A DNA stretch of 64,000 nucleotides, from positions 5,850 through 69,849 of the forward strand of contig CAZKNH010000003.1 in assembly GCA_964553875.1 (NCBI GenBank). Reading direction: 5' to 3'. The notes beneath the pieces are model-generated. The model was given only the letters and a program-made list of their open reading frames with translations. It did not search any database and was not told the DNA's origin. Shown here one piece after another: positions 1-9,371 of this stretch. A program made the position numbers and the translations under genes. Source of the DNA: an uncultured Gammaproteobacteria bacterium (GTDB taxonomy: Bacteria > Pseudomonadota > Gammaproteobacteria > Steroidobacterales > Rariloculaceae). Within the stretch, counting starts at the first letter, position 1, and the number at the start of each line of letters is the position of its first letter.

Positions 1-578
1 TGCGTCAGGCGCGTCGCGCGCTCGACGAGGAGAAGCGTGCGGTCGGCGAGCGTGCGATATGCCGGCGGATCGTCAGCCTCGGCGCCTATCGTCAGGCGCG
101 GACGCTCGCGATCTATTACGCGTTCGACGGCGAACCGTCCGTCGCGCGCGTCGCCGAAGACGCTGCCCGGCACGGCAAGCGCGTCTATGCGCCGGTCATC
201 GTCCGTCAGCAGATGTTCTTCGCGCCGGTCACGCCCGGCGCGCGACTCAAGTCGAACGTGTTCGGCATCGCGGAGCCCGCGCTCGAGCAGCTGATCGACG
301 CGCGGCATCTCGACCTCGTGCTCGCGCCGCTCGTCGGCTTCGACGAGCGGGGCGTGCGGATGGGTATGGGCCGCGGCTATTACGACCGGGCATTCCGGTT
401 CCTCCGCCATCGCAGGTCGTGGCCCCGACCCAAGCTCCTCGGCGTCGCCTGGTCGTTCCAGCAAGTCCCCGTGCTGCCGAAGCAGCCATGGGACGTTCCG
501 CTCTGGGGCGCCGTGACCGAGAACGCCTTCCATCGCTTCGCGGAGAGGACGAGTGAGGCATTGGCTCCTGAAGTCTGA
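1..578 (+). CDS. 5-formyltetrahydrofolate cyclo-ligase (MTHFS/YgfA family), 5' end outside window
   Basis: Frame 3 is open from the window edge (RQARRALDEEKRAVGERAICRRIVSLGAYRQARTLAIYYAFDGEPSV...). It runs into the track ORF 213..578 (...LVGFDERGVRMGMGRGYYDRAF...WDVPL), which is typical of the MTHFS family. Confidence 0.8.
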   Translation, partial: RQARRALDEEKRAVGERAICRRIVSLGAYRQARTLAIYYAFDGEPSVARVAEDAARHGKRVYAPVIVRQQMFFAPVTPGARLKSNVFGIAEPALEQLIDARHLDLVLAPLVGFDERGVRMGMGRGYYDRAFRFLRHRRSWPRPKLLGVAWSFQQVPVLPKQPWDVPLWGAVTENAFHRFAERTSEALAPEV

Positions 579-1014
579 GCCGGACGTCTTCGGGATCGAC
601 GATCTCGCCCGCGCGCCGCGCAAGACGACCTGCTGGGACGGCGTGCGCAACTATCAGGCGCGTAACTTCATGCGCGAGATGAAGCGCGGCGACCTCGCGT
701 TCTTCTACCACTCGAACTGCGCGGAGCCGGCGATCGTCGGAATCGTCAGGGTCGTCAAGGAAGCCTATCCCGACCATACCGCATTCGATCCGCGCGACCC
801 TCACTACGACCCCGGCAGCACCCCCGATGCGCCGCGGTGGTACATGGTCGACGTGAAGCTCGAAAGGAAACTGAAGCGGCCGATCACGCTCGCCGAGATG
901 AGGGCGCATGCGGATCGAGACCTTGCCGGGTTCTTACTGCTGCGTCGCGGCAATCGCTTGTCCGTGTTGCCGGTGAGCGACGAGCACTGGCGCTTCATCC
1001 TCGCAATGGAGTGA
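553..1014 (+). CDS. EVE (PUA-like, DUF55) domain protein
   Basis: Track ORF of 153 aa. WLLKSEPDVF...WDGVRNYQARNFMREMKRGDLAFFYHS...IVGIVRVVKEAYPD matches the EVE-domain pattern. Confidence 0.8.
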   Translation: MRHWLLKSEPDVFGIDDLARAPRKTTCWDGVRNYQARNFMREMKRGDLAFFYHSNCAEPAIVGIVRVVKEAYPDHTAFDPRDPHYDPGSTPDAPRWYMVDVKLERKLKRPITLAEMRAHADRDLAGFLLLRRGNRLSVLPVSDEHWRFILAME

Positions 1015-1192
1015 AGGCGATCGAAGCGCTGCTCATCCGTTTTCGTGCCCTCGTCCGCATCGATAGTGTGCTTCGAATCACATTCCTCGCGCATCGCATT
1101 GCGATCGTGATGCGCAAAAACGTATAACAGTCTGGAAATTTGGATGCTTTTATATATACTCAACGCCGTTTATCCCGACACGGAGACTACCC

Positions 1193-1477
1193 ATGGCATC
1201 TACGAAGAAGACATCTGCGAAGAAGAAGACGAGCAAGCGTAAGACGACTCGTCGCAAGGTAGCGAAGAAGCCGGCCACGAAGAAGCGCGTGACGAAGAAG
1301 AAGGCCGGTAAGAAGAAGGCCAAGAAGAAGGCTGCCAAGAAGAAGGCCACCAAGAAGAAGAGCAAGAAGAAGGCCACCAAGAAGAAGGCGTCGAAGAAGA
1401 AGGCCAGCAAGAAGAAGGCGACGAGGAAGAAGGCGACCCGGAAGAAAACCCCGGCGACACCCGCGGCGGGCGCCTGA
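1193..1477 (+). CDS. Lys/Ala-rich histone H1-like / AlgP-like basic protein
   Basis: 94-aa ORF made almost entirely of KKKA/KKAT repeats. GGAG lies about 10 nt upstream of the ATG, and a strong terminator follows directly. Confidence 0.7.
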   Translation: MASTKKTSAKKKTSKRKTTRRKVAKKPATKKRVTKKKAGKKKAKKKAAKKKATKKKSKKKATKKKASKKKASKKKATRKKATRKKTPATPAAGA

Positions 1478-1530
1478 GACGTCCTTTCTTCGCCGACGAA
1501 CAACGAGCCGCAAGGCTCACGTCGAACAAA

Positions 1531-1557
1531 GTGCCCGCGAATGCGGGCACTTTTTTT
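1531..1557 (+). terminator. Rho-independent terminator after the H1-like gene
   Basis: The stem is GTGCCCGC, the loop GAAT, and the return arm GCGGGCAC, followed by a run of seven T (1551-1557). Confidence 0.85.
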
Positions 1558-1594
1558 GCCCAGACGATATAGACCTCGGTGCACGGAGCAAACG

Positions 1595-2266
1595 GTGAGG
1601 CAGAACGAGGTGCGACAGAACGAACAGAAGCGCCGGGCCGCCGAAGCGGCACTCGGTTACATCACGGACGGGATCACACTCGGTGTCGGCACGGGCAGCA
1701 CGGTCGACCACTTCATCGAGGCGCTGCCGCAGCACGCCCATCGCCTGAACGCGATCGTGTCGAGCTCCGAGCGGACGACCGCCAAGCTCGAAAGCGTCGG
1801 CTTGACGGTCGTCCCGTTCGCGGACGTCGCGGAGATCGACCTCTATGTCGACGGCGCGGACGAGGCGACGAAGCATCTGCACCTGCTGAAGGGCGGCGGC
1901 GGCGCGCTCACTCGCGAGAAGGTGCTCGCGGCGGCGGCGCGGAAGTTCGTCTGCATCATCGACTCGTCGAAGCTCGTCGGGACGCTCGGCACGTTTCCGT
2001 TACCGATCGAAGTGATCCCTATGGCACGGTCGTACGTGTCACGGCAGATGGTCAAGGCCAAGGGGCAACCGATACTGCGAGCGGGCTTCGTCACCGACAA
2101 CGGGAACGAGATCATCGACGTGCACAATCTCAAGATTGCGAATCCCGTCGAGCTCGAGACGCGCTTCAACCAGATACCCGGCATCGTCACAGTCGGCTTG
2201 TTCGCGAACCGCGGCGCGGACGTGCTGCTGATCGGGCACGACGACGGCGTGCGCGTGATCGAGTAG
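1595..2266 (+). CDS. rpiA: Ribose-5-phosphate isomerase A
   Basis: GVGTGSTVDHFIEAL, YVDGADE, LLKGGGGALTREK, FPLPIEVIPMA and GIVTVGLFANRGADVLLIG align along the whole of E. coli RpiA. The track start at 1541 overlaps the upstream terminator. The in-frame GTG at 1595 (GGAG 6 nt upstream) or at 1610 is more likely. Confidence 0.9.
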   Translation: MRQNEVRQNEQKRRAAEAALGYITDGITLGVGTGSTVDHFIEALPQHAHRLNAIVSSSERTTAKLESVGLTVVPFADVAEIDLYVDGADEATKHLHLLKGGGGALTREKVLAAAARKFVCIIDSSKLVGTLGTFPLPIEVIPMARSYVSRQMVKAKGQPILRAGFVTDNGNEIIDVHNLKIANPVELETRFNQIPGIVTVGLFANRGADVLLIGHDDGVRVIE

Positions 2267-2572
2267 CCCGGCCGCTTACGGATTCGAGCGGCGGTCGAGA
2301 ACCGAAGTCGCATCGGGCCGTGGACTTGTCGAAGTCGCTTCGGGTCGCGGAGCGCCGAAGTCACGCGAGGCCCGACGATCGCGGTCGAGCCGCCGACACC
2401 CGCGGCGCGTCCCTGCATGACCTGCCCGAGGGCCGAGATGCCCCCGTCATGTACCCCGCTTCGTCGCCAGAGCGTGCCGCGCACGACGGCAGCCGCCCCC
2501 CATGCCGACCGGGCGCGTTAGAGGCGCGGAGTGAACGGGGCGGAAGCGGAAACAGAGTAGAGAGAAGAGAAG

Positions 2573-2646
2573 TGGCTGGGGGACCAGGATTCGAACCTGG
2601 GTTCTCGGAGTCAGAGTCCGATGTCCTACCGCTAGACGATCCCCCA
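2573..2646 (-). tRNA. tRNA-Gln (anticodon CTG), CCA encoded
   Basis: The reverse complement folds as TGGGGGA TC GTC TAGCGGTA GGAC A TCGGA CTCTGAC TCCGA GAAC CCAGG TTCGAAT CCTGG TCCCCCA G CCA. This is a cloverleaf with anticodon CUG and is close to E. coli tRNA-Gln. Confidence 0.9.
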
Positions 2647-2797
2647 GCGGCGTTACGAGCTTACCCCGTCTCGGCCGCCGGTTGCCACCGTATCGGATCC
2701 GAGACGGCCGGCGCGCGGCGCACGAGGACGTCGGGCCGCGCGAACCGGAAACACGACGCACGCCGCGGCGGCCCCGCCGCCCGCGGCGCGCACCGGA

Positions 2798-3190
2798 TCA
2801 GCGCTTCGAGAACTGCGTGGCCCTGCGCGCCTTGCGGAGGCCGACCTTCTTGCGCTCGACTTCGCGCGCGTCGCGCGTCACGAAGCCTGCACGGCGCAGA
2901 GGCTGACGCAGCGTCTCGTCGTACGCGATCAACGCGCGCGTGATCCCGTGACGAATCGCGCCGGCTTGTCCGGTCGTGCCGCCGCCGCGGACCGTCGCCC
3001 GAACGTCGAACTTGCCCTCGAGCTCGGTCGTGACGAGCGGCTGTCGCACGATCATCCTCGCCGTCTCGCGGCCGAAGAACTGGTCGAGCGGACGGCCGTT
3101 CACGGTGATCTCGCCGGTGCCGGGCCGCAGGAACACGCGTGCTGCGGAGGTCTTGCGCCGGCCCGTGCCGTAATACATCTCTGCTGCCAT
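2798..3190 (-). CDS. rpsI: 30S ribosomal protein S9
   Basis: 130 aa. [19 protein letters not shown]...[19 protein letters not shown]...[25 protein letters not shown]. Confidence 0.97.
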   Translation of the reverse strand: MAAEMYYGTGRRKTSAARVFLRPGTGEITVNGRPLDQFFGRETARMIVRQPLVTTELEGKFDVRATVRGGGTTGQAGAIRHGITRALIAYDETLRQPLRRAGFVTRDAREVERKKVGLRKARRATQFSKR

Positions 3191-3196
3191 AAGTGA

Positions 3197-3625
3197 TTAC
3201 AGCTCCAACGGAATCGGCTGCTGCGCGTGGTGCGGATGCTCGGCGCCGCGCACGACCTTGAGCTTGCGCAGCATCCGGCGTCCCAGCGGATTGCGGGGCA
3301 GCATGCCCTTCACGGCAAGCTCGAGCGCCCGCTCCGGCGCCCGCGCGAGCAGCTTCTCGAGCGATTCGGACTTCATGTGCCCGACGTAGCCGGTGTGGTG
3401 ATAGTACACCTTGTCCTTCATCTTCCGGCCGGTCACGCGGATCTTCTCCGCGTTGACCACGATGATGTAATCACCGGTATCCACGTGCGGCGTATAGACG
3501 GGCTTGTGCTTGCCGCGGAGCCGCCGAGCGATCTCCGAGGCGAGCCGCCCGAGCGTCTTGCCGTCGGCGTCGACGACGTACCAGTCGCGGCGGACGCTCT
3601 CCGGCTTGGCCGAAAATGTCTTCAT
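3197..3625 (-). CDS. rplM: 50S ribosomal protein L13
   Basis: 142 aa. [20 protein letters not shown]...[19 protein letters not shown]...[12 protein letters not shown]. It lies directly upstream of rpsI, as in most bacteria. Confidence 0.97.
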   Translation of the reverse strand: MKTFSAKPESVRRDWYVVDADGKTLGRLASEIARRLRGKHKPVYTPHVDTGDYIIVVNAEKIRVTGRKMKDKVYYHHTGYVGHMKSESLEKLLARAPERALELAVKGMLPRNPLGRRMLRKLKVVRGAEHPHHAQQPIPLEL

Positions 3626-3725
3626 GTTCGGAATCTGGCTCTGAAAATGGCGGCCGGGGACCCGACCAAAGATGCGGAATGGTACTGGGCGGGGCGCGCG
3701 GGTGCAAGCGCCCCCGCCCGGCCGG

Positions 3726-4445
3726 TCAGAACGCGTACTCGAGCGCGATCGTCGTGAAGCGGTCCGTGCTCTCCGAATCGGCCGGAACCGCGCTGTTCAT
3801 TTTGATCCGGTAGGACAGAACGAGCGCGACGTTGCCGACGATCCGGGCCCGCAGCGACGAGCGGGCCTCGGTCATCGTGTTCGTCGAGCCGCTCTCGATC
3901 ACGAGCGCCTGCTCGAACTCGGTCGTGTCCGACAGCGTCCACAGATAATCGACCGAGCCTCGGACGATCGCGTCGTCCTCTTCGGTCCCGTCCCGGAGCT
4001 CCGACTGCCGCGCACCGAAGCCGATGCCGGTGTCGAGCGTATGCCGGTCGCGGTCCACGATGCGGCGGCCGTAGCCGATGGTCTCGGAAACCTGCTCCGC
4101 GTAGCCCGAGAAGCGGTCCCGCTTGTAGTCGAGCGTGGTGAACAGAAAGTTGTGCTCGCCGAACGAGCGGCGTGCCTCGTATTTGAAGAGGTACGCCTCG
4201 GCCGTGGTTTCCTCGTCGGTCGACGCGCCGACCCCGGACAGGTCGATACCGTGCCGCCAGCCGGCGCGGCCGTAGCGAAGCGACAGCGAGGCGTTCGCGC
4301 TCGTGCTGTCCGTGTTGCCGCTCGTCGCGATATAGCCGAGCGCCGCCTTACCGGAGAACGACGGATCGGAGCCTCCGGCATCCTGGGCGGCGGCGTTGAC
4401 GGAGAGCAGCGCGAGCAGCGATACGACAGCGGGATACGTTCTCAC
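3726..4445 (-). CDS. DUF481 (YdiY-like) outer-membrane beta-barrel protein
   Basis: Signal peptide [27 protein letters not shown] motif, alternating beta-strand pattern and C-terminal ...IALEYAF. The start was moved to the in-frame GTG at 4445 that begins the signal peptide (track start 4559). Confidence 0.7.
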   Translation of the reverse strand: MRTYPAVVSLLALLSVNAAAQDAGGSDPSFSGKAALGYIATSGNTDSTSANASLSLRYGRAGWRHGIDLSGVGASTDEETTAEAYLFKYEARRSFGEHNFLFTTLDYKRDRFSGYAEQVSETIGYGRRIVDRDRHTLDTGIGFGARQSELRDGTEEDDAIVRGSVDYLWTLSDTTEFEQALVIESGSTNTMTEARSSLRARIVGNVALVLSYRIKMNSAVPADSESTDRFTTIALEYAF

Positions 4446-4573
4446 GAGGGCGCCTCGGCGGCTCGGTAGGGGCCGCAACGGACGCGGATGATACACGGGC
4501 CTCGCGGTCGTCGCACCGACCTCCGTCGTCCCTATAATGCGGTCGTCATTCGGGGACACACTCGGCTCGACTC

Positions 4574-5212
4574 ATGTCACGACGTCTCGGCTGGTCCGAC
4601 GGCCTCATCGCTGCAGTCGACGAAACGCTGCGCACGCTCGGCGGCGCAGTCGCGGCCTCGCGCCCGAGCCCCGGCGACGGGCTCGACGAGCCGCGGCTGT
4701 CGACGTGGGACCGGCGCACCAGCGGCGCGCTGATGCGCGTCAATCACGCCGGCGAGATCGCGGCGCAGGCACTTTACGTCGGGCAGGCCATCGGGGCACG
4801 CAGGCCCGAGACGCGCGCGCATCTGCTCGACGCGGCGCGCGAGGAGCGCGATCACCTCGACTGGTGCCGCACGCGGCTCGACGAGCTCGGAGCGAGACCG
4901 AGCCTGCTCGGGCCGTTCTGGTATGCGGGCAGCTTCTGCATCGGCCTCGCGGCCGGCGCGCTCGGCGATGCCGTGAGCCTCGGTTTCGTCTCCGAGACGG
5001 AGCGGCAGGTCGAGGCGCATCTCAAGGATCACCTCGAGCGATTGCCGCCCCGCGACGTGAAGAGCCGCGCCATTCTCGAGCGAATGGCCGAGGACGAGGT
5101 TCATCACGGGACGACGGCCCGGCTCGCAGGCGGCATCCCGCTGCCCGCGCCCGTTCGCAGTCTGATGTCGATCGGCGGCGAGATTCTGCGCCGCACGGCG
5201 TACATCTTGTGA
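4574..5212 (+). CDS. coq7: Demethoxyubiquinone hydroxylase (Coq7 family di-iron monooxygenase)
   Basis: RVNHAGEIAAQALYVGQ...EERDHLDWC...SETERQVEAHL...MAEDEVHHG are the di-iron carboxylate motifs of bacterial Coq7. Confidence 0.85.
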   Translation: MSRRLGWSDGLIAAVDETLRTLGGAVAASRPSPGDGLDEPRLSTWDRRTSGALMRVNHAGEIAAQALYVGQAIGARRPETRAHLLDAAREERDHLDWCRTRLDELGARPSLLGPFWYAGSFCIGLAAGALGDAVSLGFVSETERQVEAHLKDHLERLPPRDVKSRAILERMAEDEVHHGTTARLAGGIPLPAPVRSLMSIGGEILRRTAYIL

Positions 5213-5223
5213 CGCACATCACA
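5208..5223. promoter_or_regulatory. CRP/Clp-type binding site (perfect TGTGA-N6-TCACA)
   Basis: TGTGACGCACATCACA overlaps the coq7 stop codon, about 110 nt upstream of the crp-family gene. Confidence 0.55.
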
Positions 5224-5230
5224 AGCACCG

Positions 5231-5246
5231 AGTGATGTACATCACA
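5231..5246. promoter_or_regulatory. Second CRP/Clp-type binding site
   Basis: AGTGATGTACATCACA has one mismatch to TGTGA-N6-TCACA. Its centre is 23 bp from the first site. Confidence 0.5.
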
Positions 5247-5324
5247 AGAACTGATTTCAAACTTGCGAACTTACGTTGATTTGATTAAATACGGGATTAA
5301 GTCAAACCCCGGAGTCCCGTTGAA

Positions 5325-6005
5325 ATGGAAGAAGCACTTCGTCCGTTGAGTGATGTCCCTGCGATCAATCGTTTCTTGAGCTACTGCCGGGTCCGCACGG
5401 TTCCGGCGAAGACGGTCATGATCCACGCGGGCGACCTGCCCGATGTGCTCTACTACATCGTCGACGGCTCCGTCGAAGTGATGATCGAGGACGAGGACGG
5501 CAACGAGATGGTCCTCGCGTACCTGAACAAGGGCCAGTTCTTCGGCGAGATGGGCCTTTTCTACGAGCAGCCGCAACGCAGCGCTTGGGTCAGAACCCGC
5601 ACGGAAAGCGAAATCGCGGAGATGACGTATCCGCGCTTCCGGCAGCTCGCCTCGGAGAGCCCGGGGCTGATCTTCGAGGTCGCGACCCAGCTCGCCACCC
5701 GTCTCGATCGCACGAACCGCAAGCTCGGCGACCTGGCATTCGTCGACGTCACCGGCCGCGTCGCGCACGCGATCATGGATCTTTGCCGCGAGCCGGACGC
5801 GATGACCCATCCGGAAGGCATGCAGATCAAGGTCTCGCGGCAGGAGCTGTCGCGTCTCGTCGGCTGCTCGCGCGAGATGGCCGGGCGCGTGCTGAAGGTG
5901 CTCGAGGACCAGGGCCTCGTGCGCGCGAACGGCAAGACGATCGTCGTGTTCAACGCGCGGCGCGAGCCGCCGAAGGCGCGCCGCCCGCAACTGCAGCGCG
6001 TCTGA
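5325..6005 (+). CDS. crp: cAMP-receptor-protein family global regulator (CRP/Vfr/Clp-like)
   Basis: It has a cyclic-nucleotide-binding domain (GQFFGEMGLF...RSAWVRTRTESEIAEM). The C-terminal HTH RQELSRLVGCSREMAGRVLKVLEDQGLV is near-identical in pattern to CRP/Clp. Confidence 0.9.
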   Translation: MEEALRPLSDVPAINRFLSYCRVRTVPAKTVMIHAGDLPDVLYYIVDGSVEVMIEDEDGNEMVLAYLNKGQFFGEMGLFYEQPQRSAWVRTRTESEIAEMTYPRFRQLASESPGLIFEVATQLATRLDRTNRKLGDLAFVDVTGRVAHAIMDLCREPDAMTHPEGMQIKVSRQELSRLVGCSREMAGRVLKVLEDQGLVRANGKTIVVFNARREPPKARRPQLQRV

Positions 6006-6033
6006 GGGCGGCGCCTCCTCGTTCCGGGGTCAC

Positions 6034-6065
6034 GAGGGGTCGGAGCCGGTCGGCTCCGACCCCTC
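6034..6065. terminator. Perfect 14-bp hairpin between convergent crp and djlA
   Basis: The stem is GAGGGGTCGGAGCC, the loop GGTC, and the return arm GGCTCCGACCCCTC, followed by TCGTCTTTCC. The stem carries the GGGGTCGGAGCC core of the intergenic repeat family seen elsewhere in the window. Confidence 0.55.
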
Positions 6066-6097
6066 TCGTCTTTCCGCGGAGCGCGACGGACGCACCG

Positions 6098-6877
6098 CTA
6101 CTTGATTGCGCGATGCGCCTTGATGCGGTCGTACGCCGCTCTGATCTCGTGCGTCTTCTGCTCCGCGAGCGCGACCATCGCCGCCGGCATGCCGCGCGAC
6201 AACAGCTTGTCCGGGTGGTGCTGGTTCATTAGTCGGCGATAGGCCCGCTTGACCTCGCTGTCGCTCGCCGTCGCACTGACGCCGAGCACCTTGTACGCGC
6301 CCTCGAGATCGGGCGCCTCGCCGTGATCGGACCGGAAGCGCTGATGCGCACGAATCAGCGCCTCGATCTGCGCGAGCTCGACGCGGCCGATCCCGAGCCC
6401 GCTCGCGATGCGCCACAAGAGGCGCCGCTTCGCGAGGTCGATCGGCCCCGCGGCGATCGCGGCCTGCATCTGGATCTCGACGAAGGCGCGGCGGAGATCG
6501 GGCCGGTCCTCGAGCTGGCGCTTGAGCTCGGCGAGCCGCTCGGCGACGGGGAAATCCGGGCTCTTGCCGGCCGTGAAGCACTCGATCGCGGCCGTCACCT
6601 GCTCCGGCCCGAGCTGCATCGTGTGCATGATCCGGCGCGCGGCGCGGATTTCCTCCTCCGACACCCGACCGTCGACCTTCGCGACCCGGCCCATCAGCTC
6701 GAACGTCGCTCGGAAAAAGAGACTGCTCAGTTCGTGCGGGACGGGGCCGCCGTTCTTGCCGACGAAGCCGAAGCCCTCGTCGAACCGGTGGCCTAGCACC
6801 AGCCCGAGCAGCGAGCCGATCGGCCCCGCCGCGGCGAAGCCGAGCAGGCTGCCGACGGCCTTGCCGATCCATTGCAT
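6098..6877 (-). CDS. djlA: Co-chaperone DjlA (membrane-anchored J-domain protein)
   Basis: The N-terminal TM segment is [30 protein letters not shown], followed by a TerB-like middle region. The C-terminal J domain is [32 protein letters not shown]. The start was set at ATG 6877 (MQW...) by analogy with E. coli DjlA. Confidence 0.8.
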   Translation of the reverse strand: MQWIGKAVGSLLGFAAAGPIGSLLGLVLGHRFDEGFGFVGKNGGPVPHELSSLFFRATFELMGRVAKVDGRVSEEEIRAARRIMHTMQLGPEQVTAAIECFTAGKSPDFPVAERLAELKRQLEDRPDLRRAFVEIQMQAAIAAGPIDLAKRRLLWRIASGLGIGRVELAQIEALIRAHQRFRSDHGEAPDLEGAYKVLGVSATASDSEVKRAYRRLMNQHHPDKLLSRGMPAAMVALAEQKTHEIRAAYDRIKAHRAIK

Positions 6878-7042
6878 ACGGGTGCCGGGCGTCGTGATGC
6901 GCTTCCCTGTCATTTGAGGAATGGGATCCCCTACGGAGGCGACGCGGTTGCCTCACCGCTGGTCGACGGGTCATTATCTGGCGTTTTCCACGCAACGCAA
7001 TTCCGCCGTATCCTGCCGCAGGACATTGCGTCCGGTTCAACG

Positions 7043-7954
7043 ATGAACGTACCGCTCAAGCCTCTGTACGAGTCGCGCCTCCACGGCCTCCCGCCGCTCA
7101 CCCGGGGCAAGGTCCGCGACATCTATCGCGTCGACGACAAGCATCTCCTGATCGTCGCGACCGATCGGATCTCTGCGTTCGACGTCGTGCTGCCGGATCC
7201 GATTCCGGGCAAGGGCGTGCTGCTGACCACGCTGTCGAACTTCTGGTTCGACAAATTGAAGCACGTCGTCCCGAATCACCTGACCGGAATCGACCCCGTC
7301 GCGGTGCTCGCCGACCCGCGCGATCACGCGATCGTCGCCGGTCGAGCCGTCGTCGTCGACTACCTGAAGCCGCTGCCGATCGAGGCCGTCGTGCGCGGCT
7401 ATCTGATCGGCTCCGGGTGGAAAGACTATTGCCTCACGGGCCGCGTGTCGGGCGTGCGGCTTCCGCCGGGTCTCGAGCTCGCGGAACAGCTCCGCGATCC
7501 GATCTTCACGCCGAGCACGAAGGCGGCGCCCGGCAAGCACGACGAGAACATCACGATGGCCGAGACGCGCGACCTGATCGGCGCCGAGCTCGCGGCGCGG
7601 GTCGAGCAGATCTCGCTCGAGCTCTACGCGCAGGCGACCGAGTACGCGCGCGAGCGCGGCATCATCATCGCGGACACCAAGTTCGAGTTCGGCCTCACCG
7701 AGGACGGCGAGCTGCGCCTGATCGACGAGCTTCTGACGCCCGACTCGTCACGGTTCTGGGCGGCCGACAGCTATCGCCCGGGCTCCTCGCCGCGGAGCTT
7801 CGACAAGCAATACGTCCGCGACTATCTCGAGACGCTCGACTGGGACAAGCAACCGCCGGGACCACACCTTCCGGCGGTCGTGATCGAGCGCACGCGCGAG
7901 AAGTACATCGAAGCCGTGCAGCGTTTGACGGGCCTCACGCTGCAGGACATTTAG
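7043..7954 (+). CDS. purC: Phosphoribosylaminoimidazole-succinocarboxamide (SAICAR) synthase
   Basis: GKVRDIY...[17 protein letters not shown]...GKG...ADTKFEFG...[14 protein letters not shown]. The start was set at ATG 7043 (MNVPLKPLY). The track ORF begins upstream, inside djlA. Confidence 0.9.
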   Translation: MNVPLKPLYESRLHGLPPLTRGKVRDIYRVDDKHLLIVATDRISAFDVVLPDPIPGKGVLLTTLSNFWFDKLKHVVPNHLTGIDPVAVLADPRDHAIVAGRAVVVDYLKPLPIEAVVRGYLIGSGWKDYCLTGRVSGVRLPPGLELAEQLRDPIFTPSTKAAPGKHDENITMAETRDLIGAELAARVEQISLELYAQATEYARERGIIIADTKFEFGLTEDGELRLIDELLTPDSSRFWAADSYRPGSSPRSFDKQYVRDYLETLDWDKQPPGPHLPAVVIERTREKYIEAVQRLTGLTLQDI

Positions 7955-8008
7955 CAGCAACCGCGAAGCTCCGACGCCCCCGCTGCGCGCGGCGCGTGCC
8001 GGGCCGAA

Positions 8009-9340
8009 TCAGCCGCCCGCGACGGTCAGCCGATCGACGAGCACCGAGCCGGTGCGGACCGAGCCGCGGACGTCGACGTCCGAGCCGATCGCGACGATCG
8101 ACTTGAACATCTCCTTGAGGTTTCCCGCGACCGTGACCTCGTTCACCGGATAGACGATCTCGCCGCGCTCGACCCAGAAGCCCGCCGCGCCGCGCGAATA
8201 ATCGCCGGTCACCGGATTCACGCCCTGGCCGAGCAACTCGCCGACGACGAACGCCTCGTTGCAGCCGGCGATGATCTCCTCGAGCGAGCCGGCGTTCGGC
8301 TTCACGAGCACGTTGTGCGCGCCGCCCGCGTTGCCCGTCGTCTGCATGCCGAGCCTGCGCGCCGAGTAGCTCGACAGCAGGTACCCCTTAAGCACACCGC
8401 GCTCGACGAGCATCCTGCGGCGCGTCGCGACGCCTTCCGCGTCGAACGGCGCGCTGCCCATTGCGCGCGGGATGAACGGATCCTCCTCGATGTCGACGAA
8501 GTCCGGGAAGACCGTGTCGCCGAGCGCGTCGAGCAGGAACGTCGACTTGCGGTACTGCGCGGAGCCGCGAATCGCGCCAAGGAAGTGACCGAAGAGCCCG
8601 CGCGCGAGCTCCGCAGGGTAGATCACCGGCACGACCTTCGTCTTGACCTGACGCGCACCGAGCCGGCGCAGCGCGCGCGTCGCCGCGACGCGGCCGACCT
8701 CCTCCGGATCGTCGAGATCCTCGAACGCGCGGGCCGACGTATACCAGTAGTCGCGCTCGAGGGAATCGCCGCTTTTCGCGATCACGGTGCAGCTCACCGA
8801 ATGGCTGCTCGACGGGTAGCCGCCGACGAAGCCGTGGCTGTTCGCGTAGACGCGGACGCCCTCTCCCGTGCCGACGCTCGCCCCTTCCGAGTTCTCGATC
8901 CGCGGATCGAGCGCGCGCGCCGTGTTCTCCGCCCGCAGCGCGATCTCCGTTGCCGCATCGACGTCGAGCCCGCTCGGGAAGTGCAGATCGAGATCCGGGA
9001 TATCCCGCGCCATCAGCTCCGCGTCCGCGAGCCCCGCGAATTCGTCCTCGGCCGTGAAGCTCGCGATACTGAGCGCCTTCCGAACCGCGTCCTCGATGCC
9101 CTGGGGCGAGAAGTCGTTCGAGCTCGTCGTGCCCTTGCGGCGGTTCTTGTAGACCGTGACGGCGAGGCCGCGATCGCGCTGGCGCTCGACGGACTCGAGC
9201 TCTCCCATGCGCACGGTCACGTTCAACCCCTCGTCATGGCTCGCCGACGCCTCGGCCTGGTCGGCACCGAGCCTGAGCGCGATCTCGACCGCGGCGGCCG
9301 CGGCCTGCTTCAACGTTTCCGTGACGGCGTTCGGGTCCAT
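8009..9340 (-). CDS. pmbA: Metalloprotease PmbA (TldE)
   Basis: 443 aa, collinear with PmbA (...GLNVTVRMGELESVE...ANSHGF...FDAEGVATRR...VNPVTGDYSRGAAGFWVERGEI). Confidence 0.9.
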   Translation of the reverse strand: MDPNAVTETLKQAAAAAVEIALRLGADQAEASASHDEGLNVTVRMGELESVERQRDRGLAVTVYKNRRKGTTSSNDFSPQGIEDAVRKALSIASFTAEDEFAGLADAELMARDIPDLDLHFPSGLDVDAATEIALRAENTARALDPRIENSEGASVGTGEGVRVYANSHGFVGGYPSSSHSVSCTVIAKSGDSLERDYWYTSARAFEDLDDPEEVGRVAATRALRRLGARQVKTKVVPVIYPAELARGLFGHFLGAIRGSAQYRKSTFLLDALGDTVFPDFVDIEEDPFIPRAMGSAPFDAEGVATRRRMLVERGVLKGYLLSSYSARRLGMQTTGNAGGAHNVLVKPNAGSLEEIIAGCNEAFVVGELLGQGVNPVTGDYSRGAAGFWVERGEIVYPVNEVTVAGNLKEMFKSIVAIGSDVDVRGSVRTGSVLVDRLTVAGG

Positions 9341-9371
9341 TCGGCCATTCTAACTGCTGTACAATGCCGCG

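Noticed and set aside
1150-1584. Phe/Leu-rich 144-aa ORF and the apparent short tandem DNA repeats at 1193-1477 (possible CRISPR-like or satellite array)
   Set aside because: The periodicity is the AAGAAGAAGGCC codon repeat of the Lys/Ala-rich H1-like gene. The FFL-rich ORF is simply its antisense. There is no repeat-spacer structure.
2573-2646. Genomic island integrated at tRNA-Gln
   Set aside because: There is no integrase, no direct repeat of the tRNA 3' end and no foreign-looking genes on either side (rpiA on one side, rpsI-rplM on the other).
6878-7042. Possible ZTP (pfl) riboswitch in the purC leader (GGGTCATTATCTGGCG ... CCGCCGTATCCTGCC)
   Set aside because: Only fragments resemble the conserved GGGUCGUGACUGGCG and CCGCCUGGGC blocks. 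The P2 GUGGA/CCAC hairpin and the pseudoknot pairing are not reproduced. A covariance-model scan (Rfam RF01750) would settle it, and I expect a negative result.
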